Part shown: positions 20,033-31,508 of the stretch, in pieces
How the letters are laid out: each line of letters starts with the position of its first letter
Position numbering within the stretch: position 1 is the stretch's first letter
IMG/VR virus record: IMGVR_UViG_3300017722_003044
Direction: 5' to 3' (one strand)
Length of the DNA stretch: 64,000 nt
Source: an uncultured virus (IMG/VR IMGVR_UViG_3300017722_003044)
Taxonomy: Duplodnaviria > Heunggongvirae > Uroviricota > Caudoviricetes
Notes under the pieces: generated by a model
What the model was told of the DNA's origin: nothing
Database searches by the model: none
What the model saw: the letters and a program-made list of their open reading frames with translations, nothing else
Translations under genes and position numbers: made by a program

Positions 20033-23000
20033 ATGCCAGAATTTAAAATTGAACGCATACGTTTTAGATGGAGAGGCGATTGGTCTGGCACCACTGTCTA
20101 CATCAAAGATGATGTGGTTAGATTTGGTGCAAAAATTTATGTGTGTCAAATAGCTCACACTGCCAATGCACTATTTTATGTAGATTTCAATGATGTAAAT
20201 CCAAAATGGGTTCAGATGTTGGATGGTCAAAGCTGGACTGGCGACTGGACTCCCAGCACAATTTACAAACTAAATGACATAGTAAAACTTGGATCCACAC
20301 TGTGGATCTGTTTGGATGGGCACACTTCCAGTGCCGATCCTGCAAATGGAATTTCTGGAGTTGAAGCCAAATGGACTGTGTTTGCAGAAGGTGAGAACTG
20401 GAGAGGCAATTGGCAATCCACCACTGCATACAGCAAAGGGGACTTGGTGCGTTATGGTGCACAATCGTTCTATTGTGAAACCTATCATGTGAGTGCTTCT
20501 GTACTAGAAGGTTTAGAATTAGATTATGTAAAATGGTCCTTGTACACCAGACATCTAGATTATAAAATTGATTGGACTCCAAATACCAGATACAAACCAG
20601 ATGACATAGTCAAGTATGGTGGTACAGTGTATAGAGTCATCACAGGTCATCAGAGCGCTGTCAGCAACGCTTATGTGAATCCTAACTTCACCACCAACAC
20701 TGTGGCAGGCACAGGAGCAGCTTTCACAGTGTACAGAGTTGGTGCTGTTTACTATGCACAAGTTACCAACAATGGCACAGGTTGGCTAGCATCACAACAG
20801 ATCACAGTATTGGGCTCACTATTGGGGGGCTTTGCACCAGCCAATAATCTTGTTATCACAATTTTATCTGTGGGGGCAGGTGGCACCATCAGCACTGTTT
20901 CTGTCACGGGCACTGCACTTGCAACTGCTGACGGTTTGGAAGCAGATTTAGTAAAATATCAAACAGTCATAAGTGGCATCGAATACAAAGGCAATTATAC
21001 TCAATACGTAAGATACAAAAAAAATGACATTGTGCAGTATGGTGGATCCAGTCTTTGGATATGTACAGATCCATCTGATCAAGGCGCATTTGCCAACTCC
21101 ACAATATTGGATGAAAACAAGTGGGACATTTGGTTGCCTGGTTTAGGATTTGAAGCGGCGTGGAGTGCGACCACTCGTTACCAACCTGGTGATGTGGTGA
21201 TGTATGGTGGCTACAGTTATGTGTGTAAACTGACGCATTTAAATATTTTACCCACTGTGGCACAAGACAGCAGCAGTGCTTGGAATTTATTAGTGCCTGG
21301 CTACAAACTACGAGGTGACTGGATAGACAATGACAGCACTGCAGCCAGTTATTACAAAACTGGAGATGTGGTACGCAGTGGTGGTAATTTATACATTGCT
21401 GTGCAAGACAATGCTGGCGTGTTGCCTTTGGCTACCACTTCATATGATGTGGGCACATACTCACCAGGTCCTTGGCAATTGTTGGTCACCGGCAAACGTT
21501 GGAGAGGCCCTTGGAAACAGATAGATAATGTGACTAATCTAGCTGGTTACTACTACCCTGGTGATGTGGTCACTGTGGCCGGCACCACTTATGCTTGTAA
21601 ACTTTATCATATCAGCACTCAATCACTTTCTAAACCTACATTGGATGTAACCTCTCCAACCACTTATTGGGACAAATTGGCTCAAGGAGCCACCACCAAT
21701 GTGTTGGAACAGGTAGGAGACATCAAGACTCAAAATGCTGTGGGCACAAAAATAGCTATCAACATTGGAAGTTCTGGAGAATCATTACAGATCACAGACA
21801 GCTTGCCTGATTGGAAAACACAAGATCAGATTGCCAAAGTTTTCTATGTGTCTGTGGAAGGTATTAATGGACTTACCCGAGGTACCACCATACAGACAGC
21901 ATTTAGAACAGTAAAATATGCCTGTGACTTTGTCAACGCTGACAAACCAGGCAGAACTCCAGCCACTATCTTTATTAAAACTGGTGTGTATGAAGAAATT
22001 TTGCCTATCAATGTGCCTTATGACACAGCATTGTGTGGAGATGAATTGAGAAGCACTATAATAATGCCAGCTGCTGGTTATGAAAGTTCTAACATGTTCC
22101 TAGTGAACAATGGATCTGGCATCAGAAACATGACCCTAAAAGGATTGTATGGCACACTGGGTGCAGCCAATCAATATTTTACTAGAAGGCCATCAGCTGG
22201 AGCATTTGTGTCATTGAATCCAGGTAACTCTCCATCGGATAATACAGCATGGATTGTTAACAAGTCACCTTACATACAGAACGTCAGCACCTTTGGTGAT
22301 GGTTGTGTAGGTATGAAAGTGGACGGAGATCTACACGCTGGAGGAAATAAATCCATAGTGGCCAACGACTTCACACAAATTATTTCCAACGGCATAGGAT
22401 TTTGGGTCAAAGGTGAAGGTAAATCAGAGTTGGTTTCAGTATTCACTTACTATTGCCACATAGGTTATCTAGCTGAAAATGGTGGCAAGGTTCGCGCTAC
22501 CAATGGCAACAATTCTTATGGAACTTATGGTTCTGTGGCAGAAGGAGTGTCACAAGTGGAAGTGCCTATCACAGCAGCAGTAGATAATCAAACAGGTGAA
22601 GCATTGATAAATTCTGTGTACAATGATGAAAATCAAATATTTTGTTTTGGATATTCACACACAGGCCAAGACTATACTTCGGCCACAATATCCATCACTG
22701 GTTCAGGTGCAGGAGCAGCTGCCTACATAGGTTATGAAAATACTAGATATCAATCAATCAGTGAAGTGAGACTGACTGATCCTTTTGATAGCGGAATCAC
22801 TGGTGGTATTGCTTATACTTCATTCACAGGCAACACCAGAGGTGGCAATAGCACTTCATTTTTGTTGGCCAATCAATATGAACCAGACTATGAAAAAAAT
22901 GTCACAGCTTCTCTGGGCAATCCAGTAAACACTCTCACAGTGCAGAATATAATTGGTATGAAAGTGGGAGATCAGATTATTTTTCCAGGTGTTATGTTTG

Positions 23001-25408
23001 GAGGCGTCACTGCTGATACTGTGTACTATGTGCATTCTTTAGTGTCGGCCAACACCATTAAAATCAGCAACACGGCTGGTGGAGCTGTGAAAGTTTTGAC
23101 CACTGCTACTGGTGCATCTTATCTTGTATCAGCAGAAATAGTGGGTCAACGTGTGCAAATTTTAGAAGGTGTAGGCAGAGGACAATTTGGAGTGGTTGCA
23201 TATTATGATCACGCACTTAAACAAATAGATATAAAAAGACAATTTGATGGATTGCCTGGATTTGAACATTTATTAGGTGGATTGGCCATTGAGCCTCTGT
23301 TGGATGAATCAACCAAATACAGCATTGAACCATTGATCAATTTTTCAGATCCCACATATTCTGCCACTAACGTAGTATTGCCCATCAGTGCTGCTTGGTC
23401 AGTGGTAGGGTCAGCTAGACTGCTGGGTCAGAATGTCACGGTAGTTTTAAGTGCATCAGGAGGATATTACACCATCAATGGCACCAGCTGGTCAGCATGC
23501 TCAGGATTGGCGCCTGTAAATTATCTTTACACTGCACGCAGCAGCACAACATTATTGGCTGTGTCCAACAACGCAATATCAGGCACCACTGATGGAATCA
23601 GTTGGACAGGATTGACTAATCCAGGTGGTGTTGGTAGTTTTACCAGCATTGCTTGTGAACAGGACGTGTTTATAATCACCACTAATCAAGGATTTATTTG
23701 TAGATCTATTGACGCTGGTCAGTCTTGGACCACAGCACAGATAGCCAGTTATGATGGATCAACTCCAGCACTGACTCATTCAGCTGGAGGATCGGGCCTA
23801 TTCATTGTGTGTGATGACATGGGACAAACCTATGAAAGTTCCAATCTAGGAGCCACTTGGAATCCAGGACCTGACATTGGCAGCGTAGGAATAAATGTGC
23901 AGGACATTGTGTATGGCAATAATAGATTTGTGGCAGCCTGCAATGATAATCCTAATGACTCCAGCACGCTGAGCAATAGATTTTATTACACATTGGCCAA
24001 TCAAGCCACTGTGATAGCATCTACCCCCACTGTGTGGCAACCTAGTGAATTACCGCCAGAAGCAGATCAATACACAATCAGTTATAGTCAAGGATGTTTT
24101 GTGGCAGTGACCGAATCAGGAGATCTAGCAGAAAGTATAGATGGCAAACATTGGAAAACATTGGGCACTCAGTTGACTGGTATTGCAGGAGATTATGTAA
24201 AGATTGCTGGTGGGTCAGTAAATGGTCCTTGTTTTATTCCTTTGACAGATGTTGCAGGAAACACAATTAAATTGATTAGATACGGTGCAAGGGCATTGGG
24301 AAGAGCAAGAGTGAATGGCGGAAGATTGAGTATTATAGAATTAATTGAACCAGGCAGTGGGTATTCTCAAACTCCTGTAATGACAATAGTTGATAATAAC
24401 AATACCATAGAAGCTTTGTTCACAGTGCGCACCAACAATGGCACATTAAGTCAACCTACTTTTACTAACAGAGGCACAGGATTCTTAAACGTAGCAGCCA
24501 CGGTGTCAGGAAATGGATTAGCAGATAAATTTCAAACAGGAAAATTTTTAAGAATTAAAAACTTAACTAGATTACCTAGTCCAGGTGATAACGTGTCATT
24601 TGCGAGTATTCCAGGAGTAATTTTTAAACTGGGTAACTTCGTAACGATAGGTGGAGTAGAGCCCAGCATTTATGGCACATTGAGAATAGGTCCAGGAGTG
24701 GATGCATTTTCGGCACCGCCGCACAATAATGTGATTACAATCAGACAGAACTACAGTCAAGTAAGATTAACAGGACATGACTTTTTAGACATTGGTACTG
24801 GTGGCAGAGTGACCACCAACTATCCACAAATATATTCACAAGGTTTCACAGCAGGTTATGAACCACAACCATTCAATGAAGTGGTTGAAGCAGGTGGAGG
24901 ACGTGTGTTCTATACCAGCACTGACCAAAATGGTAACTTTAGAGTGGGAGAACAGTTCAAAGTGGAACAGTCCAGTGGTATTGTGACTTTGGCTGCAGAC
25001 TTTTTCCAATTGGAAGGACTGACTGAACTAGCATTGGGTGGTGTGGTATTGGGTGGATCTGGAGCAGTGATCCGTGAATTCAGCACTGACCAAACCATGG
25101 CTGCCAACAGTGACAACATAGTGCCCACACAAAGAGCATTTATAGCTTATCTACAAAGTAGAATTCAAGGTGGTGGATCTGTGTTGAACGTGTCCAGTTT
25201 AAGAGCAGGAGCTATTCAGATACAAAACACCAACATATTGAATGTGGGTGGAGAAACCATTAATATTGAAGTCACAGCAAATATTAAAGGTGGAGTAAAA
25301 GGATCGCCTTTAGCGCTGAGTTATTTCTTGGGTGGTGTAGCATCCACAGCTCTAGATGAAGGCGATGCTGTCAGCGTATTTGATGCAAGCAATGGATATG
25401 GTAGTTAG
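20033..25408 (+). CDS. Giant structural protein (1791 aa): Trp-rich CBM5/12-like repeats, beta-helix, propeller-like repeats
   Basis: W...T.Y...D.V.YGG..Y.C...H repeats; SPYIQNVSTFG; S.DG..W repeats; YSQVRLTGHDFLDIGTG; STDQ.GNFRVG. Confidence 0.8.
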   Translation: MPEFKIERIRFRWRGDWSGTTVYIKDDVVRFGAKIYVCQIAHTANALFYVDFNDVNPKWVQMLDGQSWTGDWTPSTIYKLNDIVKLGSTLWICLDGHTSSADPANGISGVEAKWTVFAEGENWRGNWQSTTAYSKGDLVRYGAQSFYCETYHVSASVLEGLELDYVKWSLYTRHLDYKIDWTPNTRYKPDDIVKYGGTVYRVITGHQSAVSNAYVNPNFTTNTVAGTGAAFTVYRVGAVYYAQVTNNGTGWLASQQITVLGSLLGGFAPANNLVITILSVGAGGTISTVSVTGTALATADGLEADLVKYQTVISGIEYKGNYTQYVRYKKNDIVQYGGSSLWICTDPSDQGAFANSTILDENKWDIWLPGLGFEAAWSATTRYQPGDVVMYGGYSYVCKLTHLNILPTVAQDSSSAWNLLVPGYKLRGDWIDNDSTAASYYKTGDVVRSGGNLYIAVQDNAGVLPLATTSYDVGTYSPGPWQLLVTGKRWRGPWKQIDNVTNLAGYYYPGDVVTVAGTTYACKLYHISTQSLSKPTLDVTSPTTYWDKLAQGATTNVLEQVGDIKTQNAVGTKIAINIGSSGESLQITDSLPDWKTQDQIAKVFYVSVEGINGLTRGTTIQTAFRTVKYACDFVNADKPGRTPATIFIKTGVYEEILPINVPYDTALCGDELRSTIIMPAAGYESSNMFLVNNGSGIRNMTLKGLYGTLGAANQYFTRRPSAGAFVSLNPGNSPSDNTAWIVNKSPYIQNVSTFGDGCVGMKVDGDLHAGGNKSIVANDFTQIISNGIGFWVKGEGKSELVSVFTYYCHIGYLAENGGKVRATNGNNSYGTYGSVAEGVSQVEVPITAAVDNQTGEALINSVYNDENQIFCFGYSHTGQDYTSATISITGSGAGAAAYIGYENTRYQSISEVRLTDPFDSGITGGIAYTSFTGNTRGGNSTSFLLANQYEPDYEKNVTASLGNPVNTLTVQNIIGMKVGDQIIFPGVMFGGVTADTVYYVHSLVSANTIKISNTAGGAVKVLTTATGASYLVSAEIVGQRVQILEGVGRGQFGVVAYYDHALKQIDIKRQFDGLPGFEHLLGGLAIEPLLDESTKYSIEPLINFSDPTYSATNVVLPISAAWSVVGSARLLGQNVTVVLSASGGYYTINGTSWSACSGLAPVNYLYTARSSTTLLAVSNNAISGTTDGISWTGLTNPGGVGSFTSIACEQDVFIITTNQGFICRSIDAGQSWTTAQIASYDGSTPALTHSAGGSGLFIVCDDMGQTYESSNLGATWNPGPDIGSVGINVQDIVYGNNRFVAACNDNPNDSSTLSNRFYYTLANQATVIASTPTVWQPSELPPEADQYTISYSQGCFVAVTESGDLAESIDGKHWKTLGTQLTGIAGDYVKIAGGSVNGPCFIPLTDVAGNTIKLIRYGARALGRARVNGGRLSIIELIEPGSGYSQTPVMTIVDNNNTIEALFTVRTNNGTLSQPTFTNRGTGFLNVAATVSGNGLADKFQTGKFLRIKNLTRLPSPGDNVSFASIPGVIFKLGNFVTIGGVEPSIYGTLRIGPGVDAFSAPPHNNVITIRQNYSQVRLTGHDFLDIGTGGRVTTNYPQIYSQGFTAGYEPQPFNEVVEAGGGRVFYTSTDQNGNFRVGEQFKVEQSSGIVTLAADFFQLEGLTELALGGVVLGGSGAVIREFSTDQTMAANSDNIVPTQRAFIAYLQSRIQGGGSVLNVSSLRAGAIQIQNTNILNVGGETINIEVTANIKGGVKGSPLALSYFLGGVASTALDEGDAVSVFDASNGYGS

Positions 25409-25444
25409 TATGATAAATAACAACATAACAGGGAATTCATAAAA

Positions 25445-28400
25445 ATGGCTGAGTTTAAATTAGGTAGGATTAGGTTTATTTGGAAGGGAGCCTGGATCAC
25501 TTCAGTAACCTATTTCATCGATGACGTAATTAGATACGGTGGTCGTACCTATATTTGTGTGGTGGGACACACCAGCGGAGTATTCCAAACAAATTTAACT
25601 GCTGGCTATTGGAACCTGATGAGTGATGGTCAGGAATGGAAAAACGATTGGTCATTAAACACCACATACAAACCCAATGACATTGTAAAATATGGCGGAT
25701 ATTTGTACATTGCCAACCAAGGACACACATCAGCAGCCACCCTTGCACTAGGACTGGAAGCAGATCAAGCCAAATGGGATTTATTTTCAGAAGGATTTGA
25801 TTACAAATCAGATTGGACAGTTCTTACTAGATACAAAGTAAACGACTTAGTCAAGTATGGAGCCTACATCTACACCTGTATCACTGCACACACATCTGCT
25901 GCTAGTGCTGCATTAGGTTTAGAAAATAACATTGCCAACTGGGAAGTGTTCTCCAAAGGATTCAATTGGTTGAATGCTTGGACCGCTCTTACTAGATATA
26001 AATTAGGAGATGTGGTAAGATATGGTGGACAACTGTACACTTGTAATCTTGGTCACACTTCAAATGTATCTGCCACTACATTGGGTGGTGGACTGGAAGC
26101 AGATCAAGCCAAATGGGATTATCTACACAAAGGTATAGAATACAAAACAGATTGGACTATCAACACCAGATACAAAATTAATGATGTGGTCAAGTGGGGA
26201 CCAAGCCTTTGGATCTGTACCACTTTCCACGTGTCTAGCGGCACCACACTCACAGCAGATCAGGCCAACTGGGCTGTGTTTGTACCAGGATTAGAATTTG
26301 AAGATTCATGGAGTTCAGCCACAAATTATCAAATAGGAGACTTTGTGACCTACGGAGGTTACGGATATGTGGCCAAGACCAACAGTATTAATAAAAATCC
26401 CAGCACTTTTGTAACTGTTGATTGGGATTTATTTGTCACAGGATTCCGTTTGATTGGAGATTACTCTGCTGGCACTGCATACAAAACTGGCGACGTAGCA
26501 CGTTTGGGTGGCTTCACTTATATTTGTATTCTAGACAGCATTGGCAACAGACCACCCAATGTCACTTATTGGAGCAAACTCAATGAAGGAATCTATTGGA
26601 AAGGCAACTGGGCCAATAGCACATTGTATGACAAAGGTGATGTGGTGCGAGGTATCATCAACGCCAACAACACATACATTTGTATATTAGGACATACTTC
26701 CAACAACGTGGGACCTGCCATAATTACTCAACCTGATTATGCACCAGGAGCAGGAGTGGACACAGGCACCTACTGGCAATTATTATCAGGAGGTGCAGAA
26801 AGCTCAGCACTTACCACACAGGGAGATTTATTATTGTATGGCCCGTCAGGTCCAACAAGATTGCCAATTGGACTTTCAGGTCAAACATTATTAGTGAATT
26901 CTGCAGGCACATTGCCTGAGTGGGGTTACTTTGGAAAAATTAACAACGTATGGTATGTGGCTCTTTCAGGTGTGGACGCACCAGCTCCAGACTATGGTGC
27001 CACATTGAATCAACCTTGGAAAACCATTCAGTATTGTCTTAAAGAGATAGACAAAGGACCGTTGTATCCTAACGCAAAAAATTTATTATTGAGAAACAAA
27101 GCATTTGTGCAAAGAGAAACCGTGGCTTATATCAATGCCACATACACAACCACTTGTAGCAATACCACCACAAGCACTAATCTAATCACTTGTGTCAGCA
27201 CTGCAAATTTAAGAGTGGGCATGAGAGTTGAATTTACTGGCACCACATTTGGTGGCATCAACATTTCAACAGAATATTATATCATAACAAAAACTTCTAC
27301 TAATATCTCAGTGAGTTTGACTGCGTCAGGCTCTGCAGTCGCACTTTCAACTGCAGCAGGAACAATGACAGTGAAATTAAAATATGATCAAACCAAATGT
27401 TTGAGAGACATAGGTCAAATTATTGACGCTGTGATTTTTGATCTAGGTCATGGTGGCAACGAAAAAAGCAGATTGGCTGCAATTTCCTACTACACTGGCA
27501 GTGGATCTTATGTGTATGGACAAGAAGTAGAAACCAGTGCTGCAATCACATTTGCCAAAACAGTGATTGATGCTGCCATATCTAATGACAACGCTTATGT
27601 AGAATTACAAGCGACTGTGCCTCAAGTGATTGACGCTACTAAAATAGAAGAACCAGAAGCATTTGGCATCATTACCACATTGATGAACATTGTGATTGAT
27701 AGCATCACAGCTGGTGACATTGATGATGTGCCAGCAGAAAGAATTGCCAACAACACCGTATTTGTAAAAACTGGAACATTTTTTGAAGTGCTGCCCTTAT
27801 ATGTGCGTGAAAGCACAGCTATTGTGGGAGATGAATTAAGAAGCACCAATATCAGACCTGCACCCAGTTATGTGGACGTACAAGACGTGCCATATTCATT
27901 GACAGGCATTGATAGATTAAAAAATATAATTGATGACATCATTACCAACACAGCGATCACACCTACGCCTGCAGGTTATATTAGAGTTGTCTCAACTCCA
28001 GCATTAGATGCACTTAGAACAGCAGGCACTTACACAGCAGTGGCTGTCACAGGTGGTGCAGGATCCAGCGCAACTTTTAACGCCACAGTAGCAGCTGGAG
28101 GAGCGATCACATCATTCACTATTAATAATGCAGGATCAGGTTACGCCGCAGGCAACACCCTGACCATAGCCTCAGGTTTGTTGGGAGCTTCCAGTTTAGC
28201 TACCACATTCACAGTGACCACCATAGGTGCAGGCACCGTGGCACAGGCAGGAGCACAAAATACCAACCTTCCAGCAGGATCCAACGCAGCAGCCACTTCA
28301 GCAGTGGCCATTGTGGATGACATTTATGATTATATTGGTTACAACGTATTGGATGACAGCACCACTTATTCTAATCCTGTGATGTCAGGTTCTAATTTAC

Positions 28401-31400
28401 CCAACACTGCAATAGGTTACACAGATGCTGTGTTGAGACTGATTGAAAACAAAGAATACATAGCCACAGAAATAGTAGAATACAGTAAAAAAACCAATGC
28501 TTCCAGTGCATTCTACACTTATTTCACAGCAGCCAATGAAGCGTCTTGCAAAAGAGATATAAGAGAATATGTGGATGCTGTATGTCATGATTTAATTTAC
28601 ACCGGCAATTGGAAATCATTGATAGCTGCCAAATATTACGAAACTGCTGTGTCAGGCAGTGTCACTTCCAACATGTTCTTAATGAGAAACGGCACAGGAT
28701 TAAGAAACTGCACCCTGCAAGGATTGGCAGGCACATTATCTGCGCCCAACGGCTATGGCACTCAAAGACCCACAGCAGGAGCTTATGTATCATTGGATGC
28801 AGGTTGGGGACCAGCACATGAAGATATGTGGATCACTAACAAATCACCCTATGTGCAAAACGTATCCACATTCGGCTCAGGTTGCGTGGGATTAAAAGTG
28901 GATGGTGCATTACACAACGGTGGAAACGATTCCGTAGTGGCCAACGACTTTACACAAATTTTATCAGACGGTATTGGATTCTGGGTGACCAACTTGGGCA
29001 GATCAGAATTAGTATCAGTGTTTTCATATTACAATCACATTGGCTATTTGGCTGAAAATGGCGGAAAAGTAAGAGCCACCAATGGTAACAATTCTTATGG
29101 TAAATTCGGATCAGTGTCTGAAGGTGGAGATGTCACTGAAACACCAATCACTTGTACTGTGGACAACAAGAGCACAGACGCTACCATAGGTAATACTTTC
29201 ACAGATGGTAATAGAATATTAGCAATGGAATACACCAATGCTGGTACCAACTACACCACAGCAGCAGTGCATACAATATCTGGAGATGGATTTGGCATCA
29301 CAGGCACCACTGCTACCATACGCAATGGTGGTGTGTATGAAATAAGATTGAATGAAACTGTCACATCACCTGAAAGCAACTATGGTGGTGACGGATACAG
29401 TTCTTCTGCCAACGTGGCACAGAACGGCACAGACAAAACTGTAACAATTTCCAACACTGACACAGCATTGGCTGCTGAGTTAACAGGTTTAGCCATATGG
29501 TTGATTTCAGGATTAGGTGCAGGGCAATATGCATACATTGTGGGATTCAATGCAGGTTCAAAAGCTACCAAAGTGGCCAGACCTTCATTCCCCAGCATGA
29601 CAGTCACAGCTGCCACTGCTTCCAATGATAGATTCACCACTGCCAGCACCAGCAACTTAGATTTGAACATGCCTTTGATGTTCAGTGGCACAGCATTTGG
29701 CGGAGTAACCACCACAGCCACCAACCCAACCATTTATTATGTGAAAACTATTTCTTCAGCCACACAATTCACCATCAGCACCACACCAGGTGGCACTGCG
29801 TTTGATATCACAGCAGATGCCGCAGGCACCATGTATGTACACAAGGCAGGATGGGATCATTTGGTGAACACCACTTGTACCAACACCACAGTAACCACAG
29901 ATGTAATCACTTGTGCATCCACTTCAGCATTGTACGTGGGCGCAGCAGTGCAGTTTGATGGACCAACATTTGGTGGCATCAGCACATACACTCAATACTA
30001 TGTGAAAGCTGTTTCCTCTGCCACACAATTCACCATCAGTACCACCTTAGGTGGTGCAGCAGTCACACTTTCAACTGCTTCAGGCACCATGAGTGTGAGA
30101 GTAGTGGAAGCTACATTGGATGGCACTACCCAATATGAATATGTGCCGCGCATCATAGTGAGCGCTCCTGCATCAGGAGTCACGACAATTGCGAGAGCAG
30201 TGGTCACCACTGAAAAAATATCATCTATAAGAATTATTGAGCCAGGATCAGGACACGTAACCACTCCCACAGTGACCATTGTGGATCCCAGCAACACTGT
30301 GGAAGCACCAGTGCAAGTGTTCTATGGAGATGGCGCTTTGGGTCAACCAACATTTACCAACCGAGGAACAGCCTACCTCACAGCAATAACCACTGTGACA
30401 GAAACAGGAGTGGTACGCACTGTGAACGGCATCACCAACGCTAATCCAGGTGTGGTGACCACCAGTGCTGCTCATGGTTACGCAGATGGAACCAAAGTTA
30501 TTTTTGCCAATGTGGCAGGTATATTCCAAATCAATAGTGGCACATGGTTTTACACTAAATCACTCACTGGAACCACATTCCAATTGTATGTGGATGAGGC
30601 TTTAACTGTGGGATTGAATACCACCAGCTTTGGCACGTACATAGCTTCAGCAGGCACAGTGACAGCATTTGGTGGATTTAGAAACAGTTTACAAAGCGGC
30701 AGTTTCATTCAAGTGCAAGGATTAACACAAATTCCTCAAGCAGGTTCCAATGTGGAGTTTGCATCCATCGCAGGCGAATGGTACAAATTGGTTACTGTGC
30801 AAAATCTTTTAGGCACACAATATCCATTCACAGCATTGTTACAAGTGAGTCCACAAATAGGAGTAGGAGAAGCTCCACCACATGGAACTGTTATCACAAT
30901 TAAAATTAGATATTCACAAATTAGATTGACTGGTCATGATTTCTTAGACATTGGCACTGGTGGTTTTGTTTCAACCAATTATCCTGGCATACCTTTACAA
31001 GCAGCTAATGGTGACAACGAAACTGTGGAGAATGGTGGAGGCAGAGTATTTTTTACCAGCACAGATCAAGATGGTAATTTTAGAGTAGGTGATTTATTCT
31101 CCGTGGAACAAAGCACAGGTATTGCCACATTGAATGCAGATGCATTCAACATATCAGGATTACAAGAACTTCAGTTGGGTGAATTGGTATTGGGAGGCAC
31201 CAGTGCTTCCATCAATGAATTCTCCACAGACGGTACAATGGCAGCTGACAGTGACCAAATCGTGCCCACTCAGAGAGCGATTAGAACATATATATCTAGT
31301 CAGATCGGTGGTGGAGCCAGCAGTTTGAATGTGAACCAGATTACTGCAGGTTTGATCACAATATTCAGCAATACCATTGAGACCACCACTGGAGTGACAA

Positions 31401-31480
31401 TAAACTTTGATTCCCCTGTGAATTTCACAAAAGGGATAAAAGGAACACCCGTAGCATTGGGGTATTTCTTACAAGGATAA
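25445..31480 (+). CDS. Giant structural protein (2011 aa), paralogue of 20033, with two C-x-R-D helical domains
   Basis: Same N-terminus (EFK..RIRF.W.G.W), repeats and C-terminal blocks as 20033, plus extra KCLRD and SCKRD domains. Confidence 0.8.
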   Translation: MAEFKLGRIRFIWKGAWITSVTYFIDDVIRYGGRTYICVVGHTSGVFQTNLTAGYWNLMSDGQEWKNDWSLNTTYKPNDIVKYGGYLYIANQGHTSAATLALGLEADQAKWDLFSEGFDYKSDWTVLTRYKVNDLVKYGAYIYTCITAHTSAASAALGLENNIANWEVFSKGFNWLNAWTALTRYKLGDVVRYGGQLYTCNLGHTSNVSATTLGGGLEADQAKWDYLHKGIEYKTDWTINTRYKINDVVKWGPSLWICTTFHVSSGTTLTADQANWAVFVPGLEFEDSWSSATNYQIGDFVTYGGYGYVAKTNSINKNPSTFVTVDWDLFVTGFRLIGDYSAGTAYKTGDVARLGGFTYICILDSIGNRPPNVTYWSKLNEGIYWKGNWANSTLYDKGDVVRGIINANNTYICILGHTSNNVGPAIITQPDYAPGAGVDTGTYWQLLSGGAESSALTTQGDLLLYGPSGPTRLPIGLSGQTLLVNSAGTLPEWGYFGKINNVWYVALSGVDAPAPDYGATLNQPWKTIQYCLKEIDKGPLYPNAKNLLLRNKAFVQRETVAYINATYTTTCSNTTTSTNLITCVSTANLRVGMRVEFTGTTFGGINISTEYYIITKTSTNISVSLTASGSAVALSTAAGTMTVKLKYDQTKCLRDIGQIIDAVIFDLGHGGNEKSRLAAISYYTGSGSYVYGQEVETSAAITFAKTVIDAAISNDNAYVELQATVPQVIDATKIEEPEAFGIITTLMNIVIDSITAGDIDDVPAERIANNTVFVKTGTFFEVLPLYVRESTAIVGDELRSTNIRPAPSYVDVQDVPYSLTGIDRLKNIIDDIITNTAITPTPAGYIRVVSTPALDALRTAGTYTAVAVTGGAGSSATFNATVAAGGAITSFTINNAGSGYAAGNTLTIASGLLGASSLATTFTVTTIGAGTVAQAGAQNTNLPAGSNAAATSAVAIVDDIYDYIGYNVLDDSTTYSNPVMSGSNLPNTAIGYTDAVLRLIENKEYIATEIVEYSKKTNASSAFYTYFTAANEASCKRDIREYVDAVCHDLIYTGNWKSLIAAKYYETAVSGSVTSNMFLMRNGTGLRNCTLQGLAGTLSAPNGYGTQRPTAGAYVSLDAGWGPAHEDMWITNKSPYVQNVSTFGSGCVGLKVDGALHNGGNDSVVANDFTQILSDGIGFWVTNLGRSELVSVFSYYNHIGYLAENGGKVRATNGNNSYGKFGSVSEGGDVTETPITCTVDNKSTDATIGNTFTDGNRILAMEYTNAGTNYTTAAVHTISGDGFGITGTTATIRNGGVYEIRLNETVTSPESNYGGDGYSSSANVAQNGTDKTVTISNTDTALAAELTGLAIWLISGLGAGQYAYIVGFNAGSKATKVARPSFPSMTVTAATASNDRFTTASTSNLDLNMPLMFSGTAFGGVTTTATNPTIYYVKTISSATQFTISTTPGGTAFDITADAAGTMYVHKAGWDHLVNTTCTNTTVTTDVITCASTSALYVGAAVQFDGPTFGGISTYTQYYVKAVSSATQFTISTTLGGAAVTLSTASGTMSVRVVEATLDGTTQYEYVPRIIVSAPASGVTTIARAVVTTEKISSIRIIEPGSGHVTTPTVTIVDPSNTVEAPVQVFYGDGALGQPTFTNRGTAYLTAITTVTETGVVRTVNGITNANPGVVTTSAAHGYADGTKVIFANVAGIFQINSGTWFYTKSLTGTTFQLYVDEALTVGLNTTSFGTYIASAGTVTAFGGFRNSLQSGSFIQVQGLTQIPQAGSNVEFASIAGEWYKLVTVQNLLGTQYPFTALLQVSPQIGVGEAPPHGTVITIKIRYSQIRLTGHDFLDIGTGGFVSTNYPGIPLQAANGDNETVENGGGRVFFTSTDQDGNFRVGDLFSVEQSTGIATLNADAFNISGLQELQLGELVLGGTSASINEFSTDGTMAADSDQIVPTQRAIRTYISSQIGGGASSLNVNQITAGLITIFSNTIETTTGVTINFDSPVNFTKGIKGTPVALGYFLQG

Positions 31481-31508
31481 CTAGAGTACAACAAAAGGAG
31501 AACAGTAA

